A stretch of 64,000 nucleotides of DNA from Mobula hypostoma. Lineage: Eukaryota. The stretch covers positions 25,794,001 to 25,858,000 of the forward strand of contig NC_086097.1 in the NCBI RefSeq assembly GCF_963921235.1. Reading direction: 5' to 3'. Under the pieces are notes generated by a model. That model did not search any database. It was not told where the DNA came from and was given only the letters and a program-made list of their open reading frames with translations. Positions within the stretch are counted from its first letter, which is position 1. Every line of letters starts with the position of its first letter. The position numbers were made by a program, and so were the translations under genes. This document shows, one piece after another, positions 50,368-64,000 of the stretch.

Positions 50368-52494
50368 GTAAGTACAGGAGCTCCTGGTTGAATGGATACC
50401 CAGGGCTGGGGTGGATGGAGGGGAGGGTACGGGGTAAACCAGACCCCGGCAGTCGTTCCACTTTCATCAACCTTTCCCAAGAGACCATGTTCCAGCCAGC
50501 ACTAGATGTCTGAGATTGCTGCACTAGTTTAATGGTTTCCTGTAACACAAGCAAAGACCTCTCCCAGGGGCACTTAGATCATAAGATAATAAGACACACT
50601 TAGATCTTAAGATGATAAGACATAGGAGCAGAAATAAACCATTTGGTCAGTTTAGTTTCCATCTGAACCGCCTTCTCCCTCTAACCCTTGATGCCTTTAC
50701 TAATCAAGAATCTATCAACCTCTGCTACTGCCCGTGGTACTTCATTATATACTGTCTTCTCCAAGGATCGTCACCTTGTCATGGTGAAGAGGATTGTGAG
50801 TTCTGAGATCCAGACAGCAATGCTCTAAGAGCTTGGCTCCTGGTAGGGTTACCCGTGGTGCCAAGGTCAGGGGAGAGGCTCCATCAAAGCACAACCTCAA
50901 AGGACTGGAGACCAGAGGCCCAGTGTCTGCGATGTCTGGCTATATATATGTGTGTAGTGTTGTATATCGCCACAAAAGGTCACAGAGAGCAGTTCACCAG
51001 GTATGGAGGTAGACGTCAGGTGAGCAACAGGGCAGGGACTGTTCCAGGCTTGTTGGATCTTGGTGATTTTACAGTGCAGAAGTTTGAACGTCAAGGATGT
51101 GGTGTAAAACTTGTTGCTGATGGCTGTTTATAGTGTGTTACAAAAACAAAGAAAAGGACAAACTACAAAGGAGTTATGGTCACCTTAAACACGAACTGGA
51201 ACATGGAACAGTACAGTGCAGTACAGGCCATTCAGCCCACAGTGCAGTGCTGACCTTTAACCCTCTCTCATGTCAGTCTAACCCTTCCCTCCCACATAGC
51301 CCTCCATTTTTCTTTCATTAGCTCAGACAAGAAAAGGTAACACACTCCATTACTAACAGTTAACCAATGAAATAGCCAGATTCAAGTGGTGTGACGACTG
51401 CAGAAGTAAGAAGCTTGTAGAAGAATACAGAAGCAGCTGTACTACAATTATTGGAAACTTCACTGAACAATAATGTGCATATAGATAGAATCATAGAGCA
51501 CAACAACATAGAAACAGTCACTTCAGCTCATCCGGTCCATGACAAAATGTTATTCTAGCTAGTCCTATTGGCCTGCACCTGTATCATAGCCCTCCATACC
51601 CCTTCCATCCAAACTTCTCTTAAATGTGGAGAGCACCCCTGTGACCGTCCCCCTGAACAAATATATTGAGTACTGTTGGGGGGTCAGGGGGGTGGTGGAG
51701 ATGACCTACCTGGGGGAAGCAACAGCGGCTGTGCCTCTGGCCCTGTGGCTCAGAAGGGTAGGGATCAGAAGAGGGTGGCAGCAGTAATAGGGGACTCTAT
51801 AGTCGGGGCACAGATAGGTAATTCTGTGGACGCAAAAAGGAAACACGGATGGTAGTTTGCCTCCCAGGTGCCAGGGTCCGAGATATTTCTGGAGGCGTCC
51901 ACAACATCCTGAAAAGGGAGGGTGAGCAGCCGGAAGTCGTGGAACATATTGGTACCAATGACATAGGAAGAAAAAGGGAGGAGATGCTGTAAAAAGAATA
52001 CAGAGAGTTAGGAAGGAAGCTGAGAAGCAGGACTGCGAAGGTAGTAATCCCGGGATTGCTACCTGTGCCATGGGACAGTGAGGATAGGAATAGAATGAGG
52101 TGGAGGATAAATGCGTAGCTGAAGAATTGGAGCTGGGGGCAGGGGTTCAGACCTCTGGATCATTGGGACCTCTTCTGGGGCAGGTGGGACCTGTACAAAA
52201 GGGACGGGTTGCACTTGAATCTGAGGCGGACCAATTTTCTTACAGGCAGGTTTACTAGAGCTGTTGGGAGTTGTTTAAACTAATATGGCAGGGAAATGGG
52301 AACCAGTATGATAGAGCTGACGATGAGCCAGCGGGTTTACAAGTTACAGATGAGTGTAACGTGAATGTAAGGAAGGACAAGCCAATGATTGGGAACAACG
52401 GCAGACAGAGCAAAGAGCTAAGTTGTAACACAGAGGCAAAATTGAAAAGGGTGAAGAATGCAGGACTGAAGGTGCCGTATTTAAATGCACGTAG

Positions 52495-53060
52495 GAGTGG
52501 TGGTGGGGACAAGCTCCCACTACCTAAGAAGTGCTCCTCACAGCATGCGACTCAAATAGCCTCTGACAACCAAGTCCAACCCCTGGCCTTCTCGTGTGGC
52601 TTAGCCTCTAAGCCCGGTGGAACCGTTTCTACTGACAGGAGAAGGGGCGAAGGTGGGTCCTGGCGCCTTAAAACCAGTGCTTCGGATAGATGGAACTTGT
52701 CAGCCTAGGAAGGCAGTCCATCTAAGAGAGAGAAAACTCTGATTTCAAACCACTGCTGCCTTGCGGCCATACCCACTGATGGGAAAGTCTTCAGGAGTAA
52801 ACCCTGAGGATAAATCCGGAGCTGGAGTCCCTAAGGCAGTCCAACGTTACCTTCAACCTCGTTCTGACAACTCCTGCGACGACACTGGTGCCAAGCTGTA
52901 TCAGCCTTTGCCCTTCCCTTGGACAACATCGGTGTCGTGGAGAGGAGAGACTTGCTGCATGGGCAACTGCCGGTCTTCCATATAACCTTGCCCAAGCCTG
53001 CGCCCTGGAGAATCCAGGTGCAGATCCGTGGTCTCGTGAGACTAACGGATGCCACCACCA
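52495..53060 (+). mobile_element. Non-autonomous RTE-related element (5'-UTR-like head plus 3' tail)
   Basis: Splits CR1 at YLNAR|SIQNKVDEL; contains GAAAACTCTGATTTCAAACC (RTE-UTR-like, from recall); the 3' 180 bp are shared with the SINE at 62487. Confidence 0.6.
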
Positions 53061-54137
53061 GCATTCAGAATAAGGTGGATGAACTCGTGGTGCAATTAGG
53101 GATTGGTCAGTATGACATTATGGGCATCACAGAGACGTGGCTGAAAGAAGGCCATAGTTGGGAGCTTAACATCAAAGGATATACTTTGTATCGAAAGAAC
53201 AGGCAGGAAGGCATAGTGGTGATGTCGCTCTGCTGATAAGGGATAGAATTACATCTTTAGAAAGAGGTGACATAGGGACAGAGAACATTGAATCTTTGTG
53301 GCTGGAGTTAAGAAATTGAAAGGGTGAAAAAAAACAATTATGGGAAATATATATAGGCCTCCAAATAGTAGCCAAGATGTGGGGTTGAGATTATAAAAGG
53401 AGCTGGAAAAGGCATGTAATAAGGGTAATGACAATTGTAATGGGGGATTGGGAAAATCAGGTTGGTGTCAGTTCGCAAGAGAGGGAATTTGTTGAATGCC
53501 TATGAGATGGCTTTTTAGAGCAACTTGTGCTTAAGCCTACTCAGGGAAAGGCTATCTCAGATTAGGTGTTGTGTAATTACCCTGATTTTATTAGTCAGCT
53601 TCACGTAAACCCTTAGGAGGCAGTGATCATAATGTGATTGAATTCATACTGCAATTTGAGAAGCATAACTCACATATATCGGTATTGCAGTAGAATAAAG
53701 GGTATTACAGAGGCATGAGAGAGGAGCTTGCCCAGGTGGATTAGAGGAGGATAGTGGCAGGGATGATGGCAGAGCAGAGATGGCTGAAGTTTCTGGGAAT
53801 AGTTCACAAGGCGCACGATAGATATGTCCCACAGAGGAAGAAGTTCTTAAATGGCAGGGGTAAGCAACTGTGGCTGACAAAAGAAGTTAAGGAGGACTGC
53901 ATAAAAGCCAAGGAAAGGGCATATAAGATAGCAAAAGTGAGTGGGAAGTTGGATGATTGGGAAGCTTTTAAAATCCAACAAAAGGCAACTAAAAAGCCAT
54001 AAGAAAGGAAAGGATGAAATATGAGGGCAGATTAGCCAATAATATAAAGCAGGATACCAAAAGTTTTTTTTTTCAGTTATATAAATAATAAAAGGGAGGT
54101 GAGAGTTGATATTGGACCACTGGAAAATGATGCTGGT

Positions 54138-55650
54138 AAGGCTCTGAAAACCTGTGCCAACCAACTAGCAGGAGTATTCAAGGAAATTTTCAACCTCTCA
54201 CTGCTACGGGCAGAAGTTCCCAGTTGCTTCAAAAAGGCGACAATTATACTAGTGCCTAAGAAGAATAATGGGGGCTGCCTTAATGACTATCGCCCGGTAG
54301 CACTCACATCGACAGTGATGAAATGCTTTGAGAGGTTGGTCATGACTAGACTGAACTCCTGCCTCAGCAAGGACCTGGACCCATTGCAATTTGCCTGTCA
54401 CTACAATAGGTCAATGGCAGATGCAATCTCAATGGCTTTAGACCACCTGGACAATACAAACACCAACGTCAGGATGCTGTTCACCAACTATAGCTCAGTA
54501 TTTAATACCATCCTTCCCACAATCCTGTTTGAGAAGTTGCAGAATCTGGGCCTCTGTACCTCCCTCTGCAATTGGATCCTCGACTTCCTAACTGGAAGAC
54601 CACAGTCTGTGCGGATTGTTGATAACATATCCTCCTCACTAACGATCAATACTGGCGCACCTTGGGTGTGTGCTTAGCCCACTGCTCTTCTCTCTATATA
54701 AACATGACTGTGTGGCTAGGCACAGCTCAAATACTATCTATAAATTTGTTGACGATTCAACCATTGTTGGTAGAATCTCAGCTGGTGACGAGAGTGGGTA
54801 CAGGAGTGAGATATGCCAACTAGTGGATTGGTGCCGCAGCAACAACCTGGCACTCAATGTCAGTAAGACGAAAGAGCTGATTATGGACTTCAGGAAGGGT
54901 AAGATGAAGGAGCACATACCAATCCTCATAGAGGGATCAGAAGTGGAGAGAGTAAGTAGTCTCAAGTTCATGGGTGTCAAGATCTCTGAGGATCTAACCT
55001 GGTCCCAACATATTGATGTAGTTGTAAAGAAGGCAAAACAGTGGCCATACTTTATTAGGAGTTTGAAGAGATTTGGCAAGTCAACAAATACACTCAAAAA
55101 CTTCTATAGTTGTACCGTGGAGAGCATTCTGACAGGCTGCATCACTATCTGGTATGGAGGGGCTACTGCACAGGACTGAAAGAAGCTGCAGAAGGTTGTA
55201 AATCTAGTCAGCTCCATCTTGGGCACTAGCCTACAAAGTACCCAGGACATCTTTAGGGAGTAGTGTCTCAGAAAGGCAGCGTCCATTATTAAGGACCACC
55301 AGCACCCAGGGCATGCCCTTTTCTCACTGTTACCATCAGGTAAGAGATACAGAAGCTCAAGGCACACACTCGGCGATTCAGGAACAGCTTATTCCCCTCT
55401 GCCATCCGATTCCTAAATGGACATTGAATCTTTGGACACTACCTCACTATTTTTTAATATACAGTATTTCTGTTTTTATACTTTTAAAAAATCTATTCAA
55501 TATATGTATACTGTAAATGATTTACATGTTTATTGTTATTATTATTTTTATTTTTTTCTCTCTCTACTAGATTATGTATTGCATTGAACTGCTGTTGATG
55601 CTAAGTTAACAAATTTCACATCACATGCCAGTGATAATAAACCTGATTCT
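54138..55650 (+). mobile_element. Rex1/Babar LINE RT to 3' end nested in CR1
   Basis: [12 protein letters not shown]...[20 protein letters not shown]...YKFVDDSTIVGRIS; tail AATAAACCTGATTCT. Confidence 0.9.
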
Positions 55651-57336
55651 CATTAAATGGGGAGAAAGTTCAAACATCAGAGGTGCAGAGGGACTTAGGA
55701 GTCCTCGTGCAAAACTCCTAGAAGGTTAATTTACAGGTTGAGTCTGTGGTAAAGAAGGAAAATGCAATATTTGCATTTATTTCAAGGGGAATAGAATATA
55801 AAAACGAGATAATGCTGAGTCTTTATAACACAGTAGTCAGGGCACACTTGGAGTATTGTCAACAGTCTTGGGCCCCATATCTCGGAAAGGGTGTGTTATT
55901 ATTGGAGAAAATCGAGAAGAGGTTCACAAGGATGATCTAGGAATAAAAGGGTTAACATATGAGGAGTGTTTGGCAGCTTTAGGCCTGTACTCACTAGAAT
56001 TTAGAAGAATGCAGGGGATGTCATTGAAACCTACCAAATGTTGAAAAGACTAGGTGTGGAGGGAGGATGTGGAGAGGTGTTTCCTTTGGTGTGGGTATCC
56101 AGACCTAGAAGGTACAGCCTCAAAATTGAGGGGCGACCTTTGAGAACAGAGGTAAGAAGGAATTATTTTAGCCAGATAGTAGTAAATCTGTGGAATGCTC
56201 TGCCACAGAATGCAGAGGCCAAGTCCGTGGGTATATTTAAGGTGGAAATTGATCACTTTCGGATCGGTCAGGGCATCAAAGGACATAGTGAGAAGGCAGG
56301 TGTGTGGTGTTGAATGATATCCGGGATCAGCCATGATGGAGTGGCAGAACAGACTTGATGAACTGAATAACCTAATTCTGCTCCTATGTGTTATCGTCTT
56401 ATGTTGTAATCAAACTTGCGTCCACCACTTCCTCTGGCAGTTTGTTCCACACTCGCACCACTGTCTGAATGAAGAAGTTTAGAAAAATAGAGGGCTATGG
56501 GTAACCCTAGTAATTTCTAAGGAAGGGACATATTCGGCACAACTTTGTGGGCTGAAGGGCCTGTATTGTGTTGTAAGTTTTCTATGTTCCTATGTTTCTA
56601 AGTTCTCCCTTGGGTCCCCTTAAAAATTTCACCTTTAACCCGAACCTATGACCCCTAGATTTAATCTCACCCAACCTCATAGGAAGCAGAAGTGTCAGAC
56701 GGGTAACAGCTTCTTCCCACCCACCCCCCCAGGATGTTAGATTTCAGTCAACACACGTGTACACCCTCTCTGAATGCCCTGCCAACACCCCCCACCTACT
56801 CCCCAATTCACAGACACACTCTCATTTTGCACCAGTTACCTTTCATCTTTTATTGCTGCTGTTTCACATATTTATGCGACTGATTGTTTTATTATAATAG
56901 CACCATACTATATACTGTAACAGTAACATTATACGGTCTTAGATAAATATGTACCTTGCACTTTATGTCAGCTTGTCAATCTTCAGGCCATGTCACTTAG
57001 GGACTTGTGCTAATATTACTTTGTGACTGTGTGTGCTGCATTGTAACTATATGTGTTGTGTGTGACTATACACACAGCATATTTTTGCATCCTGTCACCA
57101 GAGGAATGATATCTCATTTAGCTGTATACATGTTGAATGGCAATAAACTTGAACTGGAACTTGATTTTGGAAACCAACATGCAGTTGGTGCAGTCTTTCA
57201 TTGATTTTGTTGTGGTGATTGGATTTGTCGAGTATGCCCACAAGGAAATGGATCTCAGGGTTATATATGGTGACATATATGCACTTAGATAATAAATTTA
57301 CTTTGAACTTCGAAGCGTGTTTTATTGTCAGATTAA

Positions 57337-57435
<99 letters not shown>

Positions 57436-58242
57436 TAGGTATTACCTTTATCGAACAGGGTGCAAAGTAGATGCCTAGTTTACGGCTCACAGAGTGCACC
57501 TAAGGATTGGCACAAAGTTAGTTTACATTGTTAGTAGTCGCTGGAAGTCCAACATGCATTGCTTTGAAGTTACAGAACTTAGAGCATAAAGCATTATAAG
57601 ACAATACGGAATCAGTGAAAGTGGTGGATGCGGGCTTGATATCAACATTTTAGAAAAGTTTGAACAGTACAGTTCATGGATAGGTGGAGTACGGTAGGGT
57701 GGGGTCCCAGTGTGGGTCGATGGGACTAGGCAGAGTAACAGGTTAGCATGGACTAGATGGGCGGAGGGCCTGTTTCTGTGCTGTAGTGCGTTGTGGATCT
57801 GATATCCCATGGCACAATCCCAACACTTCAGCAGAAGAATTGGGAAGTGGGATTGAATGATATGGAACTCATAGGTAACAAATTCCTAAAAGGAGGAAGA
57901 GGAGAGAATTGAGAAAAGGTGGGGGTAAGGTAGGTGCAGGAGAAGTGACCCAAGCAGCAGCCAACGTAGAGATGTGACTGCCAGCAGACGTGTATCCTGT
58001 GAAACCTGTATAATGAGGACAATATTCCAGTGGAAACAAGGTAGGATATGGATGGGAGATTCACAGAACTGAGGGGACAAGCCTTTTGATGTTGTGATGA
58101 ACTAGTTAACCTAGTAATTAAACACCTAACTAAACTAATCCCTTTTGTCTACACATGGTCAATATCCCTCCATTCTCTGCACAGTTTATCTAAAAGCCTC
58201 TTATTCCTGAATTTCACCCCTTCCCCTCAAGTGCATGCCTCT

Positions 58243-59958
58243 TTCTTTTTCAATTCTTTCTATTAAGTTTCAAAATTAAACTTAACAATAATAGTAATGA
58301 TACATAGAGATCGGGATTACAATAATAACATGTACAAGCACAAATTCCAAATAGCAAATATAGTTTAGCCTCCCAATCTCATTGTAATTGACCATGAAAA
58401 AGATATTTTATAAAAAGAGGAAAAGAAAACCCCCTAAACTAAATTAAAAAACTAAACTGAAAAAAAAACAAACAAAGCTTGGGCTGTCATATTACCTTGG
58501 CTAAAATTATTTGTTGTTAACTCTGCTCCTCTATACATGAACAAAAAAAATTACTACAAAGGATTCAGAAAGGGTCAACTTACATCATATGAAAATATTG
58601 AATAAGTAGCCTCCAAGTTTCTTGAAATTTAACCAAGGGATCCATAGTACCATTCCTAATTTTTTTTCCAAGTTTAGGCATGCTATCGTTTGGGGAAACC
58701 ATTGAAATGTAGTGGGGGAATTAGAATCTTTCCATTTAAATAGAATAGATCTTCTGGCCATTAATGTAACAAATGCAATTAGACGACAAACTGACATGGA
58801 TAAATGACTAGAGTCTGTCACTGGTAGTCCAAAAATTGCAGTAATAGGATGAGGTTGTAAATCAATACGCAGAACTGCTGAAATAATATCAAAAATATCT
58901 TTCCGATGTTTTTCTAAAAGAGGACAGACCAGAACATATGTGTCAAGGAAGCTACCTCAGAATTACATCTATCACAAATAGGATTTATATGGCAATAAAA
59001 TCAAGCTAACTTATCCTTGGATATATGAGCCATGAGAACCACCTTAAACTGTATCAAGGTGTGTCTGGCACACATTGAAAAAGTATTGACTAATTGAAGA
59101 ATTTTTTCCCATTCCTCTGTAGATAAAGATATTTGAAGTTCTCTTTCCCACTCATACTTAATTCAGATGTACCTAGATGTATTTTTGTAACCAGATCATA
59201 AATAATTGCTATTAAACTCTTCTGAAAGGGGTTTAAACCTAAAAAAATTTTCTGTAACTTCAATCTGATGTGATATTGGAAAGGTAGATAAAGAGTGTTC
59301 AAAAAGGTTCTAATCTGAAAAAGTGTGATCTAGGCGGGCAAATTATATTTATTAGACAACTGTTCAGAAGACATAAAACAGTTACCATGAATAAATCACG
59401 AAAACATGTTATTCCCTTTGTCTTCCATAGAAAAAAAAAGCTTGGTCAATTCTAGATGGTTGAAAGAAAAAATTAGATATAATAGAACTTGACAAGATAA
59501 ATTTGTTCAATCCAAAGAATTTACGAAATTGAAACCATATTCATATTGCATGTTTAATTATTGGATTTATCATTTGTTTATTTAATTTAGTAAGTGCAAA
59601 GGGAAGTGCAGCTCCTAGAATAGGAGCCAGCGAAAAACCCTGTACAGACTCCTGCTCGAGATTCATCCATTGTGGACTTTGAGTTTCATCCAATTCTTGT
59701 GTCCAAAACATCGAATGTTGATTGCCCAGTAGTAAAATCTAAGATTCGGCAAAGCCAAACAACCTTTTTTTTATTTCTGTAAATATTTCTTACTTAACCT
59801 GGGATTTCTATTCTGCCATATATATGAAGAAATTTTAGAATCAATAATATCAAAAAAAAAGATTTAGGGATAAAAATTGATACCGCCTGAAATAGATACA
59901 AAAATTTAGGTAAAATAATCATCTTAATAGTATTAATTCAACCAATCAAAGGTAAGGT
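58243..59958 (-). mobile_element. L1/Tx1-type LINE, 5'-truncated
   Basis: LIAFVTLMARRSILFKWKDSNSPTTFQW peptide; AT-rich; A-rich tail on the minus strand; candidate TSD CATGCCTCT at 58234-58242 and 59959-59967. Confidence 0.8.
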
Positions 59959-61218
59959 CATGCCTCTAATATTACACAGTTTGAAAAAAATATTCGCTGT
60001 CTCTGTGTGCCTGCCATAATGTTATAAACTTCTAATAGGTCTCCCCTCAACCTCCACTGCTCCAGGAAAAGCAAACCAAGTTTGTCCATCCTCTCCTCCA
60101 GGCGGTGTTTCAGATGTAGTGCAGATGCTTAATAAGGCCTTGGTCAGTCCACATTTGGAGTATTGTGAGCAGTTTTGGGCCTGTTATCCAGAGGAGATTC
60201 AGGAGAATGATCCTGAGAATGAAACGGTTAACGTATGAGGAACATCTGATGGCTCTTGGCATGTACTTGCTGGAGTTTAGAAGAATGATGGAGGAAACCT
60301 TAGTAAAGCCTATCAAATATGGAAAAGCTGAGATAGAGTTGAGAGGATGTTTCCTATAGTGGGGGAGTTGAGCGTCGAAGGCTATAGTGAGAAGGCAGGA
60401 GAATAGGCTTGAGAGGGAAAATTAATCAGCCATGATAGCATGGCGGAGCAGACCCGATGGGCCGAATGGAGTAATTCTGCTCCTGCGTCTCATGGTCTTA
60501 TGGTCATCCTGGTAAATGCTGGAGAATAGTCCCTAGAACATAAGACATTGCAGTCTGTCAGGCCAGTGAAAAATTGAATGATGTCTAAACCAGAGACTGG
60601 CTGTGCAAACTGTTCTACTACTGGGGATATCCATCCTTGAGAGTTTAGAGGATCAATCAAGTCTGGGATGGATGGAATGGTTTGAAGAAAGACAAGGGGG
60701 TTTGACACCACCCCGGTACCTTGACCAGTCTCTATCCCACGGGTAATAATACTCAAGCAGCAGACCGCAGTTTACTGGGATTTTTCCATGCACAGTGGGC
60801 TACTGCAATCTTCTACAGCGTTGACCCTAGCCATATGTTGTCTGCAGCTTGATTCCATCATACATTCTGAGGTCACCTGAAGAAGCAGAGAATACAAGTG
60901 ACTTTTCAGCACAGCAGGACTTGCCCGCAAGTCTCAATGGCGCAGTTAGCTGAGCCGCACCATACACCAGTGTTCAATCCCCACCTCTGGTCTTGTCTGC
61001 ATGTTCTCCCTGTGAATATGTGGGTGTCCCCGAGTGCTCTGGGTCCCTCCTGATGATGTGCGGTTAATTAAGAGTCATAGAACACCACAGTAGAGGGACA
61101 GACTCTTCAGCCCATCTGATCCATGCCATCCTGGTTTTCCACCTAGTCCCATTAACCCACACCTGGATTACATCTCTCAATACCCCTCCTATTCATGTCT
61201 GTACTATATACTTCAATA

Positions 61219-61477
61219 CAAAGGAAAGGAAAGGTACGTCACATCTGGAGTTTCTCCGGTTAGCGGACGATTTCCCTCCACGCCTCTCTGATGTAGTGGG
61301 GAACCGTGTACAAGGCAAGTCACAGCAGTAGTTTGCCATTGCCTTCTGCCGGGTGAGTTTCCAAAGAGATCACCAGCTCGTAACCCAGCACGGATGGAAA
61401 GCGTGCAGGGGAACCGGCTGGATTCAAACTCGGGACCTTTCATCCCAAAGTCCGGCACTGATGCCACTACGCCACCA
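61219..61477 (-). mobile_element. tRNA-derived SINE with RTE-like tail
   Basis: Minus strand TGGCGTAGTGG A box and GAGTTTGAATCC B box; head shared with 36073-36170; tail contains GGCAATGGCAAACTACTGCTG and ends in (TTTCC)n. Confidence 0.75.
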
Positions 61478-61729
61478 AACTTCTCTAAAGTGTTGCAATC
61501 AAACCTGCAACCATCACTTCCACGTCTTGTCCCACATTTGCACAAACGTCTGAGTGAAGAAGGTCCCCAGAAGTATTTCACCTTTCACCCCTAACCTACA
61601 AGGAAAAAGCCTGCTTGCGTTTGCCCAATTCAATAGCCCTCATAATTGACAATTGGAAATTGCCACTAGGATTTAGATGAGTAGGATTTGGGGCGGAGGG
61701 GGGGAATGTGGAGATAATAACGTGGACTT

Positions 61730-62360
61730 GGCATAAATGCCTCTACATTGGTGAGACCCAACATAGATTGGGAGACCACTTTTATTGAATTCCTTTGCTC
61801 TACCCTCAACAAGCAGAATTTCCTGGTAGCCAACCGTTTTAATTCCAATCCCCATACCCATTCCAACTTGTTGGTCTATTGCTTCCTCTACCTCCATGAT
61901 GAAGCCACTCTCAGGTTGGAGGCACAACACCTCATACACTGTCTAGGTAAACTCCGACCTGATGGCATGTACATCAATTTCTCTAACTTCCCGTAATTTC
62001 TACCCCTTCTCTTTCTTTCCATTCCCCATTCTGGATCCCTTCTCATCTGCCTATCACCTCCCACTGGTACCCCTCCTCCTTCCTTTTCTCCCATGGTCCA
62101 CTTTTCTCTCCCATCAGATTCCTTCTTCAGCCATTTTCTCTTTCTACCTATCACCTCCCAACTTCTCACCATCCCACCCACCTACTTTCCCTCTTACCTG
62201 CCTCACCTATCATCTTCCAGCTCGAGCTCCTTCCCCTTACCCCACCTTCTTCTTTCCCCTTCCTTTCCAGTCCTGATGAAGGATAGAACATCTCCATAGA
62301 TGCTGTCTGATCTGCTGAATTCCTTCAGCATTTTATGTATGATACTCTGATTTTCCAGTA
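61730..62360 (+). mobile_element. Old Penelope-like 3' fragment
   Basis: CTCTACATTGGTGAGACC (LYIGET), DEATLRLEAQHLIHCLGKLRPDGMYINFSNF, pyrimidine tract, truncated CAGTCCTGATGAAGG. Confidence 0.8.
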
Positions 62361-62486
62361 TATTCAGATTCTCTTGTTTCTATGTGTTGGTATAAATTGG
62401 TGGTTGATAGCCAGAGGGACCCATTGGGCCAAATGGCCTGTTCCTGTTCCATGACTCTATAGCACACTATCATCTGATCTATTGTG

Positions 62487-62788
62487 TTGGCACATGGCCA
62501 AGTGGTTAAGGCGTTGGTCTAGTGATCTGAAGGTCGCTAGTTCGAGCCTCAGCTGAGGCAGCGTGTTGTGACCTTGAGCAAGGCACTTAACCACATATTG
62601 CTCTGCGACGACACCGGTGTATCAAGCTGTATCGGCCCTAGTGCCCTTCCTTTGGACAACATCAGTGGTGTGGAGAGGGGAGACTTGCAGCATGGGCAAT
62701 TGCTGGTCTTCCATACAACCTTGCCCAGGCCTGCGCCCTGGAAACCTTCCAAGGCGCAAATCCACAGTCTCACGAGACTAACGGATGC
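62487..62788 (+). mobile_element. tRNA-derived SINE, apparently full length
   Basis: A box TGGCCAAGTGG, B box TAGTTCGAGCC; candidate TSD CTATTGT at 62479-62485 and 62789-62795. Confidence 0.8.
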
Positions 62789-64000
62789 CTATTGTCTGAT
62801 CAACTTGGAAAGGGAATTAGGAGGTACAGAGAGCAAAGAACCATTGCAAGAACTGACAGAGTCGCCGCAATAACAGCAGGCAGTGATGGAAAGTTGCTAG
62901 ATTTAAAAGGAAAGGAGATTTATTTATAAGCACAAGAGATTCTGCAGGTGCTGCAATTCCAGAGCAAAGCACACAAAATGCTGGAGGAAGTCAGCAGATC
63001 AGGCAACATCTATGGAGGGAAATAAGACCCTTCTTAGAACTGGAAAGGAAGGAAAGGGGAAGATGCCAGAATAAAACAGTGGGGGGAGGGGAAGGTGTAC
63101 TAGCTAAAAGATGATAGGCGAAGCCAGGTGGGTGGGAAAGGTGAGGGTTTATTTACCCTGGCACCACACTGCCCCAAGGTTTCTAGTGGAATTGATGCAC
63201 TCTTAACACTAGCCATGTTTAAAAAGACATTTGCAAGAGGCTTTGGAGTAGCAGTCATGAGGAGCTGGGATTGGATCTTCAGTACTGGTGAGGAGAGTAA
63301 TCACAGACACTGTTCCCTCTTTAAGCATCTGGCTGGTGAAATCAACCTTCTCAAGAAGCACGATTTACTTCTGCCAGTAAATAGTTAACGTAGCTCCATG
63401 CTTTGCTTCCAGAGACATGAGTTGGATTCCCATTACGACAGCTGGGAATATCATTAATTAACTTCTCAGAGCTCGGAAACCATTGTCAGCATTGGCATCC
63501 TTAAACCACTCACTGAACTGTTTTTCTAAACTCCTTTTCAGTTCACAATTACCCTTATGGAAGAAAAGTTTGCTCTTGCTAGGTGTGATTTCAATGGTCA
63601 TGGAACTAGCCCGTCAATTTAATCCATTGACAGGCTAGTTCCATGACCATGTAGACATAGAACACACACTTAGCTGTCTAATGGAATTAATTCTATCTGG
63701 TTAGGTATCTCCTATAATATTTCTTGCTCCCTTTTAAACATTGTACCATTTTGTAAGCTTTGGCTCTCCTGACTTTTTCCTACCCTCTTGAACCTCCTCA
63801 AATTCCTCTGAGCTGACTTCATCTCCTACATTCCATTGCCTGTATCCTCTAGGAATCTGGGAATGTTTTCCTCCCTTGTTCCCACTTTTCCAAGCGTTGT
63901 GTCACCTGCAGAGTTCAGAACTGTGAAGTGTCCTCAGCTCTAGTTCAGAATCAGATTTATTATCCCTGATAAATATTGTGAAATTTGCATTTGGACTGCA

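Larger units (their letters stand above)
51625..56400 (+). mobile_element. Decayed CR1 LINE (ORF1 esterase to 3' end) with nested elements
   Basis: VIGDSIV and EHIGTND motifs, GITETWL, RAHLEYC, CR1 3' end; interrupted at 52495-53060 and 54138-55650. Confidence 0.85.

Noticed and set aside
52575..52660. HDV-like ribozyme in the head of the RTE-related element (GCC-TTCTCGTGT-GGC resembles P3/L3; CTGA-CAGGAG resembles J4/2-P2)
   Set aside because: No P1 or P1.1 pairing could be built, and a competing hairpin uses the same bases. It needs a descriptor search on the family consensus.

Overview
Eukaryotic (vertebrate) genomic DNA, most likely a cartilaginous fish such as a ray (inferred from the repeat families, not provable here). 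The window holds the 5' part of a thyroid-stimulating hormone receptor gene (tshr) on the + strand. Coding exons 1-7 (185, 72, 75, 75, 75, 78 and 69 nt, all GT-AG, all phase 2) splice into an uninterrupted 209-codon frame covering the signal peptide, Cys box and leucine-rich repeats. Exon 8 onward was not found and presumably lies beyond the window. The introns (intron 1 is about 35.6 kb) are mostly decayed and often nested transposons: CR1, Rex1/Babar, RTE and L1/Tx1 LINEs, Penelope-like elements, tRNA-derived SINEs, a Tigger/pogo element and a PIF/Harbinger remnant. The most notable non-obvious signal is a family of Penelope pseudo-LTRs carrying minimal hammerhead-ribozyme motifs with a loopless palindromic helix III. 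Two near-intact copies lie 1.3 kb apart on the tshr sense strand, and one sits inside a 1.4-kb fold-back. Exon coordinates are exact; most TE boundaries are approximate and family calls are by eye.
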